Source: a virus (Duplodnaviria; Heunggongvirae; Uroviricota; Caudoviricetes). From it: a DNA stretch of 64,000 bases. The translations under genes were made by a program, and so were the position numbers. The stretch's first letter is position 1. Each line of letters opens with the position of its first letter. Below, in pieces: positions 23,870-33,671 of this stretch. The notes beneath the pieces are model-generated. The model was not told the DNA's origin. It did no database searches and worked only from the letters and a program-made list of their open reading frames with translations. The DNA lies in the IMG/VR virus record IMGVR_UViG_3300022750_000190. One strand, given 5' to 3'.

Positions 23870-23947
23870 AAAGGACTTATCAGGATATAAATAAGACAAC
23901 CACAAGTCTTTAAAAAGAGGCACTTCATTAACTATTCGGAGTGTCAA

Positions 23948-24640
23948 ATGAACATCACTTATTACACTGCTTTTATTCGCAACAATACCTCTTATTTCTG
24001 TCTGGCATCATTATCTTCTCAAATAATTGATCATCAAGTCAAATTACTGCAAGAAATTCATTTGCATGACCAACTCTCTATCCTTAAAGAAACAATAACT
24101 ACTCAATCACGAAGACATAAATCTTTACATCAGTCAGTTAAAAATAATATCAGTCATCAAGAATTCCTAAAAATCGAACATGTCAGCAATAAAGAACAAT
24201 TAGACATCTGGTTTCTTATTCAATCTGACACCTATATCCCTACTAATAACTGGGACAAATTTCTACATGAGAATGATTTACTAAAATTATGGATTGGTGG
24301 CAAGCTTCAATGTCTTATTGGAACTTCATACAAGGAAAAATCTAAACATTTAGGATACAAACAAAGTTATAGTGAGCTTTTAATGGTCTTTAGTAACTAT
24401 AAAAATATTTGGGACTTCGAAAAGTATTTTTCGGGGATTTTTGTAGAAAGGTCAGGAGATTATTCAAAATTTCATTACACCCAAGAATCTCGAATTTTAA
24501 AAATATTCTTTTATAGACTCGATCTCGCAAAATATGGAAAAATTGTACAAACTTCTGATATTTCAATGAACGATGATTGGGCAAAAGAATTTAGAACGCC
24601 TGTATACAATCAACAATTCCAATTAGTAAAATATATTTAA
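23948..24640 (+). CDS. hypothetical protein
   Basis: 230-aa ORF. Confidence 0.5.
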   Translation: MNITYYTAFIRNNTSYFCLASLSSQIIDHQVKLLQEIHLHDQLSILKETITTQSRRHKSLHQSVKNNISHQEFLKIEHVSNKEQLDIWFLIQSDTYIPTNNWDKFLHENDLLKLWIGGKLQCLIGTSYKEKSKHLGYKQSYSELLMVFSNYKNIWDFEKYFSGIFVERSGDYSKFHYTQESRILKIFFYRLDLAKYGKIVQTSDISMNDDWAKEFRTPVYNQQFQLVKYI

Positions 24641-24688
24641 TAGAAAAATAAAAATTAATCACTGTTTATTTTCCGAGATAAAGTATGC

Positions 24689-24717
24689 TTGACAATAATA
24701 CCTGTCTATAGTATACT
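24689..24717 (+). promoter_or_regulatory. sigma70-like promoter TTGACA-17-TATACT for the tRNA-Arg copy
   Basis: TTGACA at 24689-24694 and TATACT at 24712-24717. Confidence 0.5.
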
Positions 24718-24736
24718 TTCATCATTAAATAGAAAT

Positions 24737-24813
24737 GTCCGTATAGCTCAGATGGATAGAGCAACAGCCTTCTAAGCTGTGGGTCGTAGGTTCGAATCCT
24801 ACTGCGGATACCA
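24737..24813 (+). tRNA. tRNA-Arg(UCU), CCA encoded (copy 2, a distinct sequence)
   Basis: Acceptor GUCCGUA/UGCGGAU, D-arm GCTCAGATGGATAGAGC, anticodon stem ACAGC/GCUGU with loop CUUCUAA, T-arm GTAGGTTCGAATCCTAC. Confidence 0.85.
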
Positions 24814-24848
24814 CAACATATCAAAACAATAAATTGGAAAAGTAACAC

Positions 24849-25049
24849 ATGAAAACTCGCATTCGCGAAGCAACAAACGAAGAAGGTAACACACGCTACA
24901 TCTGTGAATATTTGTTTCTTTTTTTCTTTTGGAAAAATTGCAACAACAAAAAAACCAACTTCCCAAAACCAGCCTACATTAATGGCTATGTTCATCGAAC
25001 ACAAGCCGAAGAGCGTATCAAACGCTTCCTCAATGGATTAAATCGCTGA
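24849..25049 (+). CDS. hypothetical small protein
   Basis: 66-aa ORF with RBS GGAAAAG. Confidence 0.4.
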   Translation: MKTRIREATNEEGNTRYICEYLFLFFFWKNCNNKKTNFPKPAYINGYVHRTQAEERIKRFLNGLNR

Positions 25050-25166
25050 TATAGCACTCAAAACTCATAGCTTTTTAAAAGTAACCGTTTTCTTAACTGT
25101 TGCTTTTTTGTGCGTATGCTGCTATAATGCATTAAATAAACCTCTACAACTATTTGGTCGAATATC

Positions 25167-25862
25167 ATGAACGAGCCAGTCCGTATTAAAAGTTGTGAAA
25201 CATTGAAAGTATTACTGTCTGAAATTCCAAACATGATTTTACCTAAAAGTCGTGAGATTACAAATCCTGAACAAGTAACAGAAATACTGAAAGCCCTTTC
25301 AGAAGACATTCTTTTCATGCGCAAAGATCGTGAAGTCGAAATTGAATTCTTTTTTAGTGTAAAAAGATTTCATGTGACTATTGACTATGGTTATGTTCAT
25401 TTACGTAAAAATTCCGAATTAGAATTCTATTACGAATATGATTATAATGTTTCTGAAAATATGAACCGTGTTCTTTCAGATGCCATCGATTATGCTATGG
25501 AAGACCAGCATGCTCATTTCACTGAAATTGATATTGAAAAATCACGTAAATATTTCAAGCATATTGATATTCTTGATCAGTCTCTAAATATGGGAGGTTC
25601 TTTAAGCACTTATGCCAGGACAACTGTTTACAGAAATAACGTTTATGAGCAAAAAGATGTATTTGGAGCATTTGAAGTTATCAAGGCATGTAACTCAGGT
25701 AGTGTTTCACTAACACTTAAACATGATAACTTTAAAGTTATTGCTTATTATGAAGAAATTATTTTCAACTACGATGGTGTTGAGTTGAAGTTCAGACCTT
25801 CTCAAATGAAAGAAGACTCTGTTGTTTTTACAATTAAAAAACTTATTGGAACTTTTCTTTGA
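25167..25862 (+). CDS. hypothetical protein
   Basis: 231-aa ORF. Confidence 0.5.
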   Translation: MNEPVRIKSCETLKVLLSEIPNMILPKSREITNPEQVTEILKALSEDILFMRKDREVEIEFFFSVKRFHVTIDYGYVHLRKNSELEFYYEYDYNVSENMNRVLSDAIDYAMEDQHAHFTEIDIEKSRKYFKHIDILDQSLNMGGSLSTYARTTVYRNNVYEQKDVFGAFEVIKACNSGSVSLTLKHDNFKVIAYYEEIIFNYDGVELKFRPSQMKEDSVVFTIKKLIGTFL

Positions 25863-26071
25863 ATAATAAATATCTAAATGTAGGAACAATAGGGCATATT
25901 GACCATCACAATTACAATGCTTTTGCTATTAGTCAATGTGGACACAGTAGGAAATTAATTTTCTATCCGTCCCTCAATACCCCAAATCATTCAACTGCAT
26001 TTTTTACAATTGTTAAATACGTTAACGAACATGGGTTAAACAACTCTTTTTGGCGCATTAATACAAAATAA
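25859..26071 (+). CDS. hypothetical small protein
   Basis: 70-aa ORF overlapping the previous stop by 4 nt. Confidence 0.35.
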   Translation: MNNKYLNVGTIGHIDHHNYNAFAISQCGHSRKLIFYPSLNTPNHSTAFFTIVKYVNEHGLNNSFWRINTK

Positions 26072-26140
26072 GCTTTGTTTTTCAAAGTTTTTATGATAAA
26101 ATCATCACCATCGAAAACATTCATTATCTAGGCTATTAAG

Positions 26141-26464
26141 ATGACTTCAACTACATCAGAATCGTCCACTCTGGAATCACTTTCTAATGATGAATACGAG
26201 CTTCTTGCAAAAGAGGTTGCAGACTTCATTGCAGAACATGATGTTTCAACATTGGATTATATGCATCACCAGCATCATCATAGTGGCGACATTTTTATTC
26301 GATTGGCTGGATACAGTAGAAAAAGAGCACATACTCTTGCATTCAATGTTCTAAACCATCATAAAAAAGAATGGGCACAAATGGTCACTGACGAACAGTT
26401 CTGTGATTATGTTTTATCCTTTTTGTGTGGCAATGGTATGGAAGTTGAGTGGGAGAATTCATAA
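26141..26464 (+). CDS. hypothetical protein
   Basis: 107-aa ORF containing a His-rich stretch HHQHHHSGD. Confidence 0.5.
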   Translation: MTSTTSESSTLESLSNDEYELLAKEVADFIAEHDVSTLDYMHHQHHHSGDIFIRLAGYSRKRAHTLAFNVLNHHKKEWAQMVTDEQFCDYVLSFLCGNGMEVEWENS

Positions 26465-26745
26465 TGAAAAAATTAATCAAATCACTTTTTCGAAAAGTAT
26501 TTCCTGAACCAACAGAAGAGCAACTTCTTGAAAAAACTTTTAAACTTTTGAACTCTCTTAAAAATCTAGAAAGTAAAGTAGATAACTATGAGCGTTACAA
26601 ACGCTTTTATAATGATGTTAAATCATGTGAAGATTTAATTGAGTCTGTCAAATCAATTCCACATGGAAAAAGAAGACCACTTCTTAATGTAACTATTGCA
26701 TTTATTAATCTTCATAAAAGTATTCACACATATTTTAGACGGTAA
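26464..26745 (+). CDS. hypothetical protein
   Basis: ATG at 26464 overlaps the upstream stop (ATGA). Confidence 0.45.
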   Translation: MKKLIKSLFRKVFPEPTEEQLLEKTFKLLNSLKNLESKVDNYERYKRFYNDVKSCEDLIESVKSIPHGKRRPLLNVTIAFINLHKSIHTYFRR

Positions 26746-26812
26746 TTTTTTCGTTTACTTTAATTGATAATTTGCTATATTGATAACATACAAATCATAA
26801 CAGGATTACAAT

Positions 26813-27139
26813 ATGCAAGCTATTCGTGATGTACAGTCTTTTGAACATGCAAGTATGACACTTTCACTATGCCTTCTCTATCTTCAACAAGAAAAATTAA
26901 ACATTGAAACAGCCGTCACAGAAGTCATCAACGTCATTAATATTTCAAGTGGCATTCTTGACTTAAGTCCTGATGACTCAATGCTTAGAAAAATCACTAA
27001 AAATTTAACAAAAGTTGGTAATCTTTACCTTTTCAACCCACAAGATAAACTACTTGAAACACCCGAAAATGATACTTTATATCAAATTCGTTATAATTTA
27101 AGAATTGCCATTGATTACATTACCAAAAACTATGTTTAA
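26813..27139 (+). CDS. hypothetical protein
   Basis: 108-aa ORF with RBS AGGAT. Confidence 0.45.
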   Translation: MQAIRDVQSFEHASMTLSLCLLYLQQEKLNIETAVTEVINVINISSGILDLSPDDSMLRKITKNLTKVGNLYLFNPQDKLLETPENDTLYQIRYNLRIAIDYITKNYV

Positions 27140-27240
27140 TGAACTCGATGGCTTTTGGCATATTTTGATTGAAAGAAATATTGCCTTTTAAACTTATGCT
27201 TGGTATAATATGGCTCTACAAATCCAGAAGATAATATATT

Positions 27241-27558
27241 ATGAGTCGTATCAAACATCCCTTTCCAGAAGCCTTGGTTAACGAATGCTCTGTTATTTAC
27301 ACTTCAAAAGAAACAAGAGCAAACAAGTTTACAATTTCGCCATCACAAAAAGAAATCAGAGTAAAACTCTCTTTACATAATACTGCCGAACAAAATGAAC
27401 TATACAAAAATGCAGTAGCAGCTTTTGTTTCTTCAAACTCTGATAGGAATATAATTTCCTCTCATCGGGGAAGGATTTTTATCAAAGATAATGCTGTCAA
27501 AATCCATGTTCAACCTCAATATTTTGCAAGTTGCATTAGCTTCACATACCACGAATAA
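27241..27558 (+). CDS. hypothetical protein
   Basis: 105-aa ORF. Confidence 0.45.
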   Translation: MSRIKHPFPEALVNECSVIYTSKETRANKFTISPSQKEIRVKLSLHNTAEQNELYKNAVAAFVSSNSDRNIISSHRGRIFIKDNAVKIHVQPQYFASCISFTYHE

Positions 27559-27632
27559 TGATTGACTGTATAGCCAAATTACACTATAATGTGTCAATGA
27601 AATCAATTACTTCACATTAAGTGGTGATAGAA

Positions 27633-28043
27633 ATGCCTTTTGAAATCTCAACAGATAAAAAACTAATCGCAGAAAGCGAACAATTCTATCGCAAAAATAT
27701 AAATTCAATTCGCCTTTTCTATCGCCCACTGAATGACCTCATTCCTTTTTTGTTCAAAAGCAAAATAGAAACCTTCTACGAAAAATCTGACCTTTTCTTT
27801 CAGATTCGTGATGAGAAAAGCAAGGCTTTGCATAATCGTATTTCTTATGCTTATGCGACAGAAGATTATGACACCAACGCCCTTTATCATTACCATTTTA
27901 AAATTGATGGTAAAATTCATGTTTACAGTATTGTTGAACTCGATATGTATGGCATAATCGACGCAGCTAATAAAATCAAAAAACAATTGCTAGAAAACAA
28001 AAAAGCCAATACAAAGAATAATGTTTTACAGTTCAAAAGATAA
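27633..28043 (+). CDS. hypothetical protein
   Basis: ATG at 27633 (MPFEIST). The track ORF starts at 27621. Confidence 0.45.
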   Translation: MPFEISTDKKLIAESEQFYRKNINSIRLFYRPLNDLIPFLFKSKIETFYEKSDLFFQIRDEKSKALHNRISYAYATEDYDTNALYHYHFKIDGKIHVYSIVELDMYGIIDAANKIKKQLLENKKANTKNNVLQFKR

Positions 28044-28107
28044 TTACATATTTACTTTCTGTATCCATGATGTTACAATTTAACCATCTATTTAAAAGAG
28101 AAAACAA

Positions 28108-28812
28108 ATGAAAAATTGGTTTAAAAATTTATTTTCGACAAGTGCCATTGTCATTAGTGGTAGTGTTGTGATGGGAGATGTTGTTGTTGGCAACTCTAAT
28201 GTTTCTGCCGGTTCTTTTAATTCTAATGATTTAAAAAATCTTGGTAGCGTTATTTCACAAACACGAGACGTAACAGCATTTAATAAAATCGATACAAGTG
28301 GTGTTATTGATGTTCAATTTATTCAAGGAGAAAAACTTTCCTTGGTTGTTGAAGCACAAGAAGGAGTCCTCAACAAAATCAAAACAAATGTTGAAAATGG
28401 AACTCTTGTTATCACTACTGAAAACAATTTCTTTTCAAACAAAAAATCTGTTATCAAAGTAACCTCACCTTCTCCATTGACTCACATTAAGAACAAAGGC
28501 GTGGGTGACTTTAAAGCTTCTGGTATTAAGACAACTAATTTAGAATTGGATTTTAGCGGTACTGGTGATTTAACCCTAGAAGGACAGGCAGAGTCAGCTT
28601 CTTTAACTATCAAGGGTGTTGGTGATGTAAATGCTAAAAAATTCAGCGTGAAAAACATGGAAATAAATTCAAATGGCACAGGTGATATATCCCTAAAAGT
28701 AACAGAAACTATCTCTGGTACTATTAAAGGTGTTGGTGATACAGATGTATATGGTAGCCCAAGAAATTCTGGACTAAAATCGAAAGGTGTTGGTGATCTT
28801 GAGTTTCATTGA
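28108..28812 (+). CDS. secreted beta-helix repeat protein, possibly DUF2807 / adhesin head-domain-like
   Basis: N-terminal signal-like segment and repeated KGVGD / GTGD units at roughly 20-aa intervals. The family call is tentative. Confidence 0.5.
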   Translation: MKNWFKNLFSTSAIVISGSVVMGDVVVGNSNVSAGSFNSNDLKNLGSVISQTRDVTAFNKIDTSGVIDVQFIQGEKLSLVVEAQEGVLNKIKTNVENGTLVITTENNFFSNKKSVIKVTSPSPLTHIKNKGVGDFKASGIKTTNLELDFSGTGDLTLEGQAESASLTIKGVGDVNAKKFSVKNMEINSNGTGDISLKVTETISGTIKGVGDTDVYGSPRNSGLKSKGVGDLEFH

Positions 28813-28846
28813 TTTCTAAAAATATTAAAATTCAATAGGTTTTTAA

Positions 28847-29176
28847 ATGACATTATCACTATCACAAAGCCAAACAATTACTCTTCTTAATATTATCAAG
28901 GGTAAAATTTCCATCATTCAGGATTACCCTGAAATCAAGGATCATATTAATTTAGAAACCTATTGTAACTTTATCTCCCTAGCGACAAATAATACAAATA
29001 ACTATACGCCTTCTGTTGTCATCAATAGTGATTTTATTGATAACTTCACTACCGATGAATTCAATGCCATTCTAGCTGAAATTGAAGACGAAATTAAAGA
29101 AACAATTGATGACTCTTATCTTTTGCATATTCAAACTATAAGAAATTATTGGCTTTCAATGTTTACCTATATGTAA
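28847..29176 (+). CDS. hypothetical protein
   Basis: 109-aa ORF. Confidence 0.45.
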   Translation: MTLSLSQSQTITLLNIIKGKISIIQDYPEIKDHINLETYCNFISLATNNTNNYTPSVVINSDFIDNFTTDEFNAILAEIEDEIKETIDDSYLLHIQTIRNYWLSMFTYM

Positions 29177-29244
29177 TTTTTTTGTATAATATTTATAGGT
29201 TAATTTTTTAATTAATATAACTTATCTCCAATGGAGTATCTGGA

Positions 29245-29520
29245 ATGAACATATATAAAGAAGGTTCTTTTTACACACTTTCAGTTGACTATTACCACAA
29301 AATCACTTTGCGGTGTACATACAGTCATGATGGTTTTTCATATTTTATTGATAATCAAGAAATTAATTATAAAGAAAATATCAAAACTAAAAAACTATAC
29401 AAATTTAATAGTCAATATCAAAGTTGGGATACTATTGAAAACACGATAAAACATTTGGCTGAAAACGAATCTTCTTTTCGCCAACCATTCAATATGCATA
29501 TGGAATTCAAAGGCGATTAA
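29245..29520 (+). CDS. hypothetical small protein
   Basis: 91-aa ORF. Confidence 0.4.
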   Translation: MNIYKEGSFYTLSVDYYHKITLRCTYSHDGFSYFIDNQEINYKENIKTKKLYKFNSQYQSWDTIENTIKHLAENESSFRQPFNMHMEFKGD

Positions 29521-29609
29521 ATAGCTGAAATCAAACAAAACAGTTGAGTTATGAAGCGAGTCTCTGTATAATTCAACATATACCCTATTTATTATCTATA
29601 GAGCGCCCC

Positions 29610-30464
29610 ATGTCTAGATTTCTCGTTATTGTTATTGGTGAACATCCAGAAATGCAGTTAACTCAATATTCCTCTTTCGAAAGTGTTGAATTTCGAAACA
29701 AGTATCTTAAGTTGACTGATGAAACCCAAAAAGCAAAATCTGAATATGACTTTAACATTCATAGTTCTTTAAATGAGCACATGCTTCATTACTGCAGTGA
29801 ACTTGGCGCACGCAAACTTGATAGTTTTGGTTCCCCTGACTTTGTTGGTCTCCACCGTAATGGCTATTACACATTAGACAGCAATGGTAACGTCAATCTT
29901 ATCATGAGTCGTTACAACCCCACTAGTGAATGTTGTCACTTTGAAATGGGTGGTGGTTGGGCTGGCTTTTATTATGTCAAACCTAATAAAAATGGGATTG
30001 AAGTTGGCAAAAACCGTGAAGGGACACCTCTTCCTAGACCTCGCACTGCTGATCGCTTGCTTAAAGGTTCTATTGACTTTGAAAAGATGAATAAAGAATC
30101 GGGTATTTCAGCAGAATATCGTTATGATACTTATGTTTCAATGAAAGAAAAACATGGTAATACAAATTCTAAAGAATTTAAAAATGATTTTTCCATGTTC
30201 CTTCATAATCAAAATTGCTTTCCAATTTTTAATATTGATGAATATGAAGTACCCAAAGAAACATTTATTCGTCATCGACAACTTCAAAATATCAGTGCAT
30301 TCGCCTTTATTAAAGATGGCGTATGGCATGAGCATGAGAAACCACAATGGATACCAGATGCCAAGATTCCGTTAACAGAATTGGAATGGCTAGAACAAAC
30401 TTGGTCAATCATTGATGCATTATCTGATAATACACAAATTTCTGTTTTTGAATGTCTTTGTTAA
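29610..30464 (+). CDS. hypothetical protein
   Basis: ATG at 29610 (MSRFLVIVIGEHPEMQ). The track ORF starts at 29544 in frame. Confidence 0.5.
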   Translation: MSRFLVIVIGEHPEMQLTQYSSFESVEFRNKYLKLTDETQKAKSEYDFNIHSSLNEHMLHYCSELGARKLDSFGSPDFVGLHRNGYYTLDSNGNVNLIMSRYNPTSECCHFEMGGGWAGFYYVKPNKNGIEVGKNREGTPLPRPRTADRLLKGSIDFEKMNKESGISAEYRYDTYVSMKEKHGNTNSKEFKNDFSMFLHNQNCFPIFNIDEYEVPKETFIRHRQLQNISAFAFIKDGVWHEHEKPQWIPDAKIPLTELEWLEQTWSIIDALSDNTQISVFECLC

Positions 30465-30470
30465 AAACCT

Positions 30471-30499
30471 TTGACTATATATCTTTTTCTAGTTATTAT
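30471..30499 (+). promoter_or_regulatory. sigma70-like promoter TTGACT-17-TATTAT for tRNA-Leu copy 3
   Basis: TTGACT at 30471-30476 and TATTAT at 30494-30499. Leader TAGTCACACAAA. Confidence 0.5.
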
Positions 30500-30510
30500 A
30501 GTCACACAAA

Positions 30511-30595
30511 GCCCGGTTGGTGAAATTGGTAGACACATGAGACTTAAAATCTCCCGCCGAAAGGTGTGCCGGTTCGAGTCCGGCACCGGGCACCA
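30511..30595 (+). tRNA. tRNA-Leu(UAA), copy 3 (one substitution in the variable arm)
   Basis: Identical to 1853-1937 except CCGAAAGG versus CCGAAGGG. Confidence 0.85.
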
Positions 30596-30621
30596 TCTTA
30601 AACAAACACAAAGGTTTCATC

Positions 30622-31047
30622 ATGGATAAAATCACTTCTGAACATTTGGCTCAACTTCGTGACCTCGAACGTTATTTCGATGACCATGTTACCAAAATGA
30701 ATTACAATATTCGAAATTATGCTCGTGACCATATTGGAGAGCGTAACAAAATGCTGGATGAAAATAGGGAAAATTTTCATAAATGCAAAGCAGCAATTAG
30801 AAAGTTTTCTTTGAACTTCGAAAACTTTTATGCTTTGCCACAAGTTCCTAGTGAACCACACACCAATGAAGAATCCGAAATCTTGCAATATGCATTTTCG
30901 ATTCGTATTAAACAACTTGAAGCTGATTTGCAATATCTTATGGGTATGACTAACGAAAAGAAGGTATTTGCAGTTTGCGAAAAAGATTTGACTGATATGA
31001 AAAATTTGGCAAAAGAATTCAAAGAATTCATGCACTCAAATAGCTGA
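30622..31047 (+). CDS. hypothetical protein
   Basis: 141-aa ORF with RBS AAAGG. The overlapping minus-strand ORFs are rejected. Confidence 0.5.
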   Translation: MDKITSEHLAQLRDLERYFDDHVTKMNYNIRNYARDHIGERNKMLDENRENFHKCKAAIRKFSLNFENFYALPQVPSEPHTNEESEILQYAFSIRIKQLEADLQYLMGMTNEKKVFAVCEKDLTDMKNLAKEFKEFMHSNS

Positions 31048-31125
31048 TTAGTGTGTACCACCAAATCCCTTTATTAAAAAGGGATTTTTTGTTTTAAAAT
31101 TAAATATATAAGAGGACAATAGAAA

Positions 31126-31377
31126 ATGAAATCAGAATTAATTGAGTTAGTTAACTCAAAATACAACAAATGCAAAAGCTTTCAGGATTCAAAACGCACT
31201 GATTACAATGTGTTTCCAAAAGATCTTGAAAAAGCCACTTTAATCATTGAAGAACTTAAACCATTTTTAGTAGATGAATCCATTACAACAATTAACATGT
31301 CCGTTAGATATGAAATTGATGATTACAAAATTCAAATACTTTTTAGCGTCCCGTTTGGATATAAAGAAATAAATTAA
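31126..31377 (+). CDS. hypothetical small protein
   Basis: 83-aa ORF with RBS AAGAGGA. Confidence 0.45.
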   Translation: MKSELIELVNSKYNKCKSFQDSKRTDYNVFPKDLEKATLIIEELKPFLVDESITTINMSVRYEIDDYKIQILFSVPFGYKEIN

Positions 31378-31390
31378 TATATAATTCAAA

Positions 31391-31420
31391 AAGCCCTGAC
31401 ATATGTTGGGGCTTTTTTTT
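31391..31420 (+). terminator. intrinsic terminator
   Basis: AGCCC...GGGGCT followed by TTTTTTTT. Confidence 0.55.
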
Positions 31421-31601
31421 GCCCATAATTTAACCCTCAATTTTAAAATTTAAATATGTGTACTATAATATTTTCCTTTCATTTTAAAAATATTCCTTGC
31501 ATTTAAAAACACATAAGAATACAATTCGCGAAATCTAAACCATTGGAAGACGGAAATACATGATAGACCTAAATAAAAATAACCCGGAGAGAGAAAAAAA
31601 T

Positions 31602-32465
31602 ATGAGTATAAAAAAAATTGCTGCACTTGTAATTGCTGCTATTATAAGCCTTTTGCTTTTAATTATAATTTTCGATAGTGCATACACTGTTGATGAGGGT
31701 GAAAGAGGCATTATTCTTCGAAATGGTAAAGCCATTGGTGTAGCAGAACCCGGCTTGAACTTTAAAGCCCCTATTGTTGACCGCATTAAAACTATCAGCG
31801 TTCGTAGCTATACTGCTAAATATGATAAATTGCAAGCATATAGTAAAGACCAGCAACCAGCAGACTTGCGTGTTTCTGTAACTTACCGTGTTCCACCTAC
31901 CGAAGTAGTTGATCTTTACAGCACTTACTCTACTGTTGAAGGTATCACTGACCGTAGCATAAACCGTCAAGTTCCAACACAAGTAGAAAACGTTTTCGGT
32001 CAATACACCGCTATATCCGCAGTACAAAATCGTGCAAAACTTGTTGCTGATTTGGGCGTAGCCGTTAAAAACTCAATTACTGGTCCTATCTTCATTGAAA
32101 GCATACAGATTGAAAACATTGATTTCTCTAAAGCCTACGAAAAGTCTGTTGAAGACCGTATGAAAGCCGAAGTAGATGTTCAAACTCAGAATCAAAACTG
32201 GGAAAAGGAAAAAGTTTCTGCTAACATTGAAGTAACAAAAGCAGAAGCTGCTGCAAAAGTTAAAATTGCTGGTGCAGAAGCAGATGCTAAATCCATCAAA
32301 CTTCGTGGTGAAGCAGAGGCAGAAGCCATTAAAGCAAGAGCAGCAGCATTGGCACAAAACGAAAACCTTGTTGAGTTGACCAAAGCTGAACGTTGGAATG
32401 GTGTTCTGCCAACAACTATGCTCCCTAACACTGCAATGCCTTATTTTGAAGTTAACAAAAAATAA
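31602..32465 (+). CDS. SPFH / band-7 (prohibitin, HflK/C-like) membrane protein
   Basis: N-terminal transmembrane helix, then DEGERGIILRNGKAIGVAEPGLNFKAPIVDRIKTISVRSY and an Ala/Glu/Lys-rich coiled C-terminus. RBS GGAGAGAG. Confidence 0.65.
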   Translation: MSIKKIAALVIAAIISLLLLIIIFDSAYTVDEGERGIILRNGKAIGVAEPGLNFKAPIVDRIKTISVRSYTAKYDKLQAYSKDQQPADLRVSVTYRVPPTEVVDLYSTYSTVEGITDRSINRQVPTQVENVFGQYTAISAVQNRAKLVADLGVAVKNSITGPIFIESIQIENIDFSKAYEKSVEDRMKAEVDVQTQNQNWEKEKVSANIEVTKAEAAAKVKIAGAEADAKSIKLRGEAEAEAIKARAAALAQNENLVELTKAERWNGVLPTTMLPNTAMPYFEVNKK

Positions 32466-32481
32466 GAATATTTAAACAATT

Positions 32482-32510
32482 AAGTCCTCCTTTGTTGGAG
32501 GATTTTTTTT
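32482..32510 (+). terminator. intrinsic terminator
   Basis: AAGTCCTCC-TTTGTT-GGAGGATT followed by TTTTTTT. Confidence 0.65.
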
Positions 32511-32589
32511 GCATAAAATTCTAGCATTCAATAGATTTATCTGTTATAATCGAGTAAATCAAAATAAACCTCATAAATAGGAATAAGTT

Positions 32590-33012
32590 ATGAATTACAA
32601 AGCACTAATAGTTTTAGCTTCTGCACTCTTACTAAATGCTTGTGGACCTACGCCACAGGATATTGTTAGTAATAACGCTGTATCAGAACGAAATTTGTCC
32701 AATCCTGAAACTATTGGCAAAACGCCTGATGGTCAAATTGTAAAACGTGCAATTGTTAAATATCAGTGTGATTCTTGTGGTAGTTCTACAAGTCATTTTG
32801 TGTATTTTGTTGGCAGCGTAAAAAGTGATAATTATCCTGTTCAATCTGGAAAAACATCTTATAATCATGTTGATGTTACACTTCCCGAGAACCCTACTGC
32901 CGAAGATATTTTGAAAAAGGCAAAAGAAATTCAAGATCAACAAAAGCAAAGAGACGAAGAAGAATTTAAACGTCTTTGTAAAGAACTAAATAAACCAACT
33001 TGTAACCTTTAA
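32590..33012 (+). CDS. lipoprotein (paralog of 33029-33670)
   Basis: Signal plus lipobox-like LLNAC. Shares DGQ.VKR...KY.C...HFVY(F/Y)VG with its neighbour. Confidence 0.5.
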   Translation: MNYKALIVLASALLLNACGPTPQDIVSNNAVSERNLSNPETIGKTPDGQIVKRAIVKYQCDSCGSSTSHFVYFVGSVKSDNYPVQSGKTSYNHVDVTLPENPTAEDILKKAKEIQDQQKQRDEEEFKRLCKELNKPTCNL

Positions 33013-33028
33013 TTAAAAAGGATTAATT

Positions 33029-33670
33029 ATGAAAAATAAAATTTTTAAAACTCCTGCTGTTTTGGTATTTGCCTTATGTGCTATTTTTATTCAAGGTTGC
33101 CAAAAAACACCAGAAGATATTCAGAAAGAAATTGATAAAGACAATCTTGTTACAGAACAGAATAAAGAAAGTATTAAACAACCTGTTGTTATGGGAACAA
33201 CTGTTGATGGGCAAGAAATAAAGAGAATTCATTTTAAATATAAGTGTAAAACTAGTGATAGTTGCTACAGCACTGTAGACCATTTTGTTTATTATGTAGG
33301 TAATTCGGTTAGTGATAATCGTGAAGTCCGAATAGCCAAAAGTGTATATAATAACGTTGAAGTTTCTCTTGGTACTAAGCCAACCCCTGAACAAGTGATT
33401 GCAGAAGGAGAAAGAATTAAAAAAGAAATTGAAGATTCTGAACGCAAAGAACTCAAAAGACTCAGCCATAAATATAATTACGATGAATGTGGTAAAAGTA
33501 TGCCTGAATTTGTTTTACCTGAAAATCCGACAATAGAACAGCAAACTTATTCTTTAGCTTATGAACAAGCTCAAAAAGCAAGAGAAGCATGTATTCATGA
33601 ACATGAAGAATATGAAAAAGCAAAAAAAGACTTGGAAGCCGAAAAAGCTAAATTAAAAAAGGAATCTTAA
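33029..33670 (+). CDS. lipoprotein (paralog of 32590-33012)
   Basis: Signal plus lipobox IQGC and a C-terminal Lys/Glu coiled region. Confidence 0.5.
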   Translation: MKNKIFKTPAVLVFALCAIFIQGCQKTPEDIQKEIDKDNLVTEQNKESIKQPVVMGTTVDGQEIKRIHFKYKCKTSDSCYSTVDHFVYYVGNSVSDNREVRIAKSVYNNVEVSLGTKPTPEQVIAEGERIKKEIEDSERKELKRLSHKYNYDECGKSMPEFVLPENPTIEQQTYSLAYEQAQKAREACIHEHEEYEKAKKDLEAEKAKLKKES

Positions 33671-33671
33671 C

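Noticed and set aside
31659-32431. Minus-strand ORFs 31659-32027, 32073-32357 and 32192-32431
   Set aside because: They are antisense to the well-supported SPFH gene, and their low-complexity Ala/Cys-rich translations are artefacts of its coiled-coil codons. The same reasoning rejects 15732-16217(-), 30598-31035(-), 53487-53870(-), 59651-59902(-) and 63143-63403(-).
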